Source of the DNA: Ophelia neglecta
Lineage: Eukaryota
Length of the DNA stretch: 64,000 nucleotides
Direction: 5' to 3'
NCBI GenBank assembly: GCA_965285935.1
Contig: OZ260662.1
Location: 79,670,001-79,734,000 of the forward strand
Shown: positions 63,997-64,000 of the stretch, one piece after another
Position numbering within the stretch: position 1 is the stretch's first letter
Layout: the number at the start of each line of letters is the position of its first letter
Translations under genes and position numbers: made by a program
The notes under the pieces: model-generated
The model's database searches: none
Told to the model about the DNA's origin: nothing
The model's input: only the letters and a program-made list of their open reading frames with translations

Positions 63997-64000
63997 TATG

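Overview
AT-rich, intron-containing animal genomic DNA, most consistent with a marine invertebrate (probably lophotrochozoan; species not determinable). 1-12.3 kb is a retroelement cluster: the 3' end of an RTEX-like LINE, a decayed CR1/L2-group (Crack-like) LINE, and a Neptune-type Penelope-like element (PLE) present as two head-to-head arms forming a ~2.4 kb inverted repeat. The PLE ORF carries an OTU deubiquitinase-like domain, and each arm ends in a non-canonical hammerhead-like motif. Then follow a multi-exon GTF3C4 (TFIIIC90) gene (+) with two predicted GC-AG introns, a decayed pogo/Fot1-type DNA transposon with TIRs, and a convergent multi-exon SLC5 sodium:solute symporter gene (-). The last 16 kb hold a single-exon LicD/fukutin-family ORF with a degenerate active site, a 3-exon secreted protein joining SQGYG(N/D)SH octapeptide repeats to a 10-Cys three-finger-like domain, and a GT77/XEG113-like glycosyltransferase exon. 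Best novelty candidates: the OTU-bearing PLE and the secreted repeat protein. All calls come from reading motifs by eye; no database searches were run.
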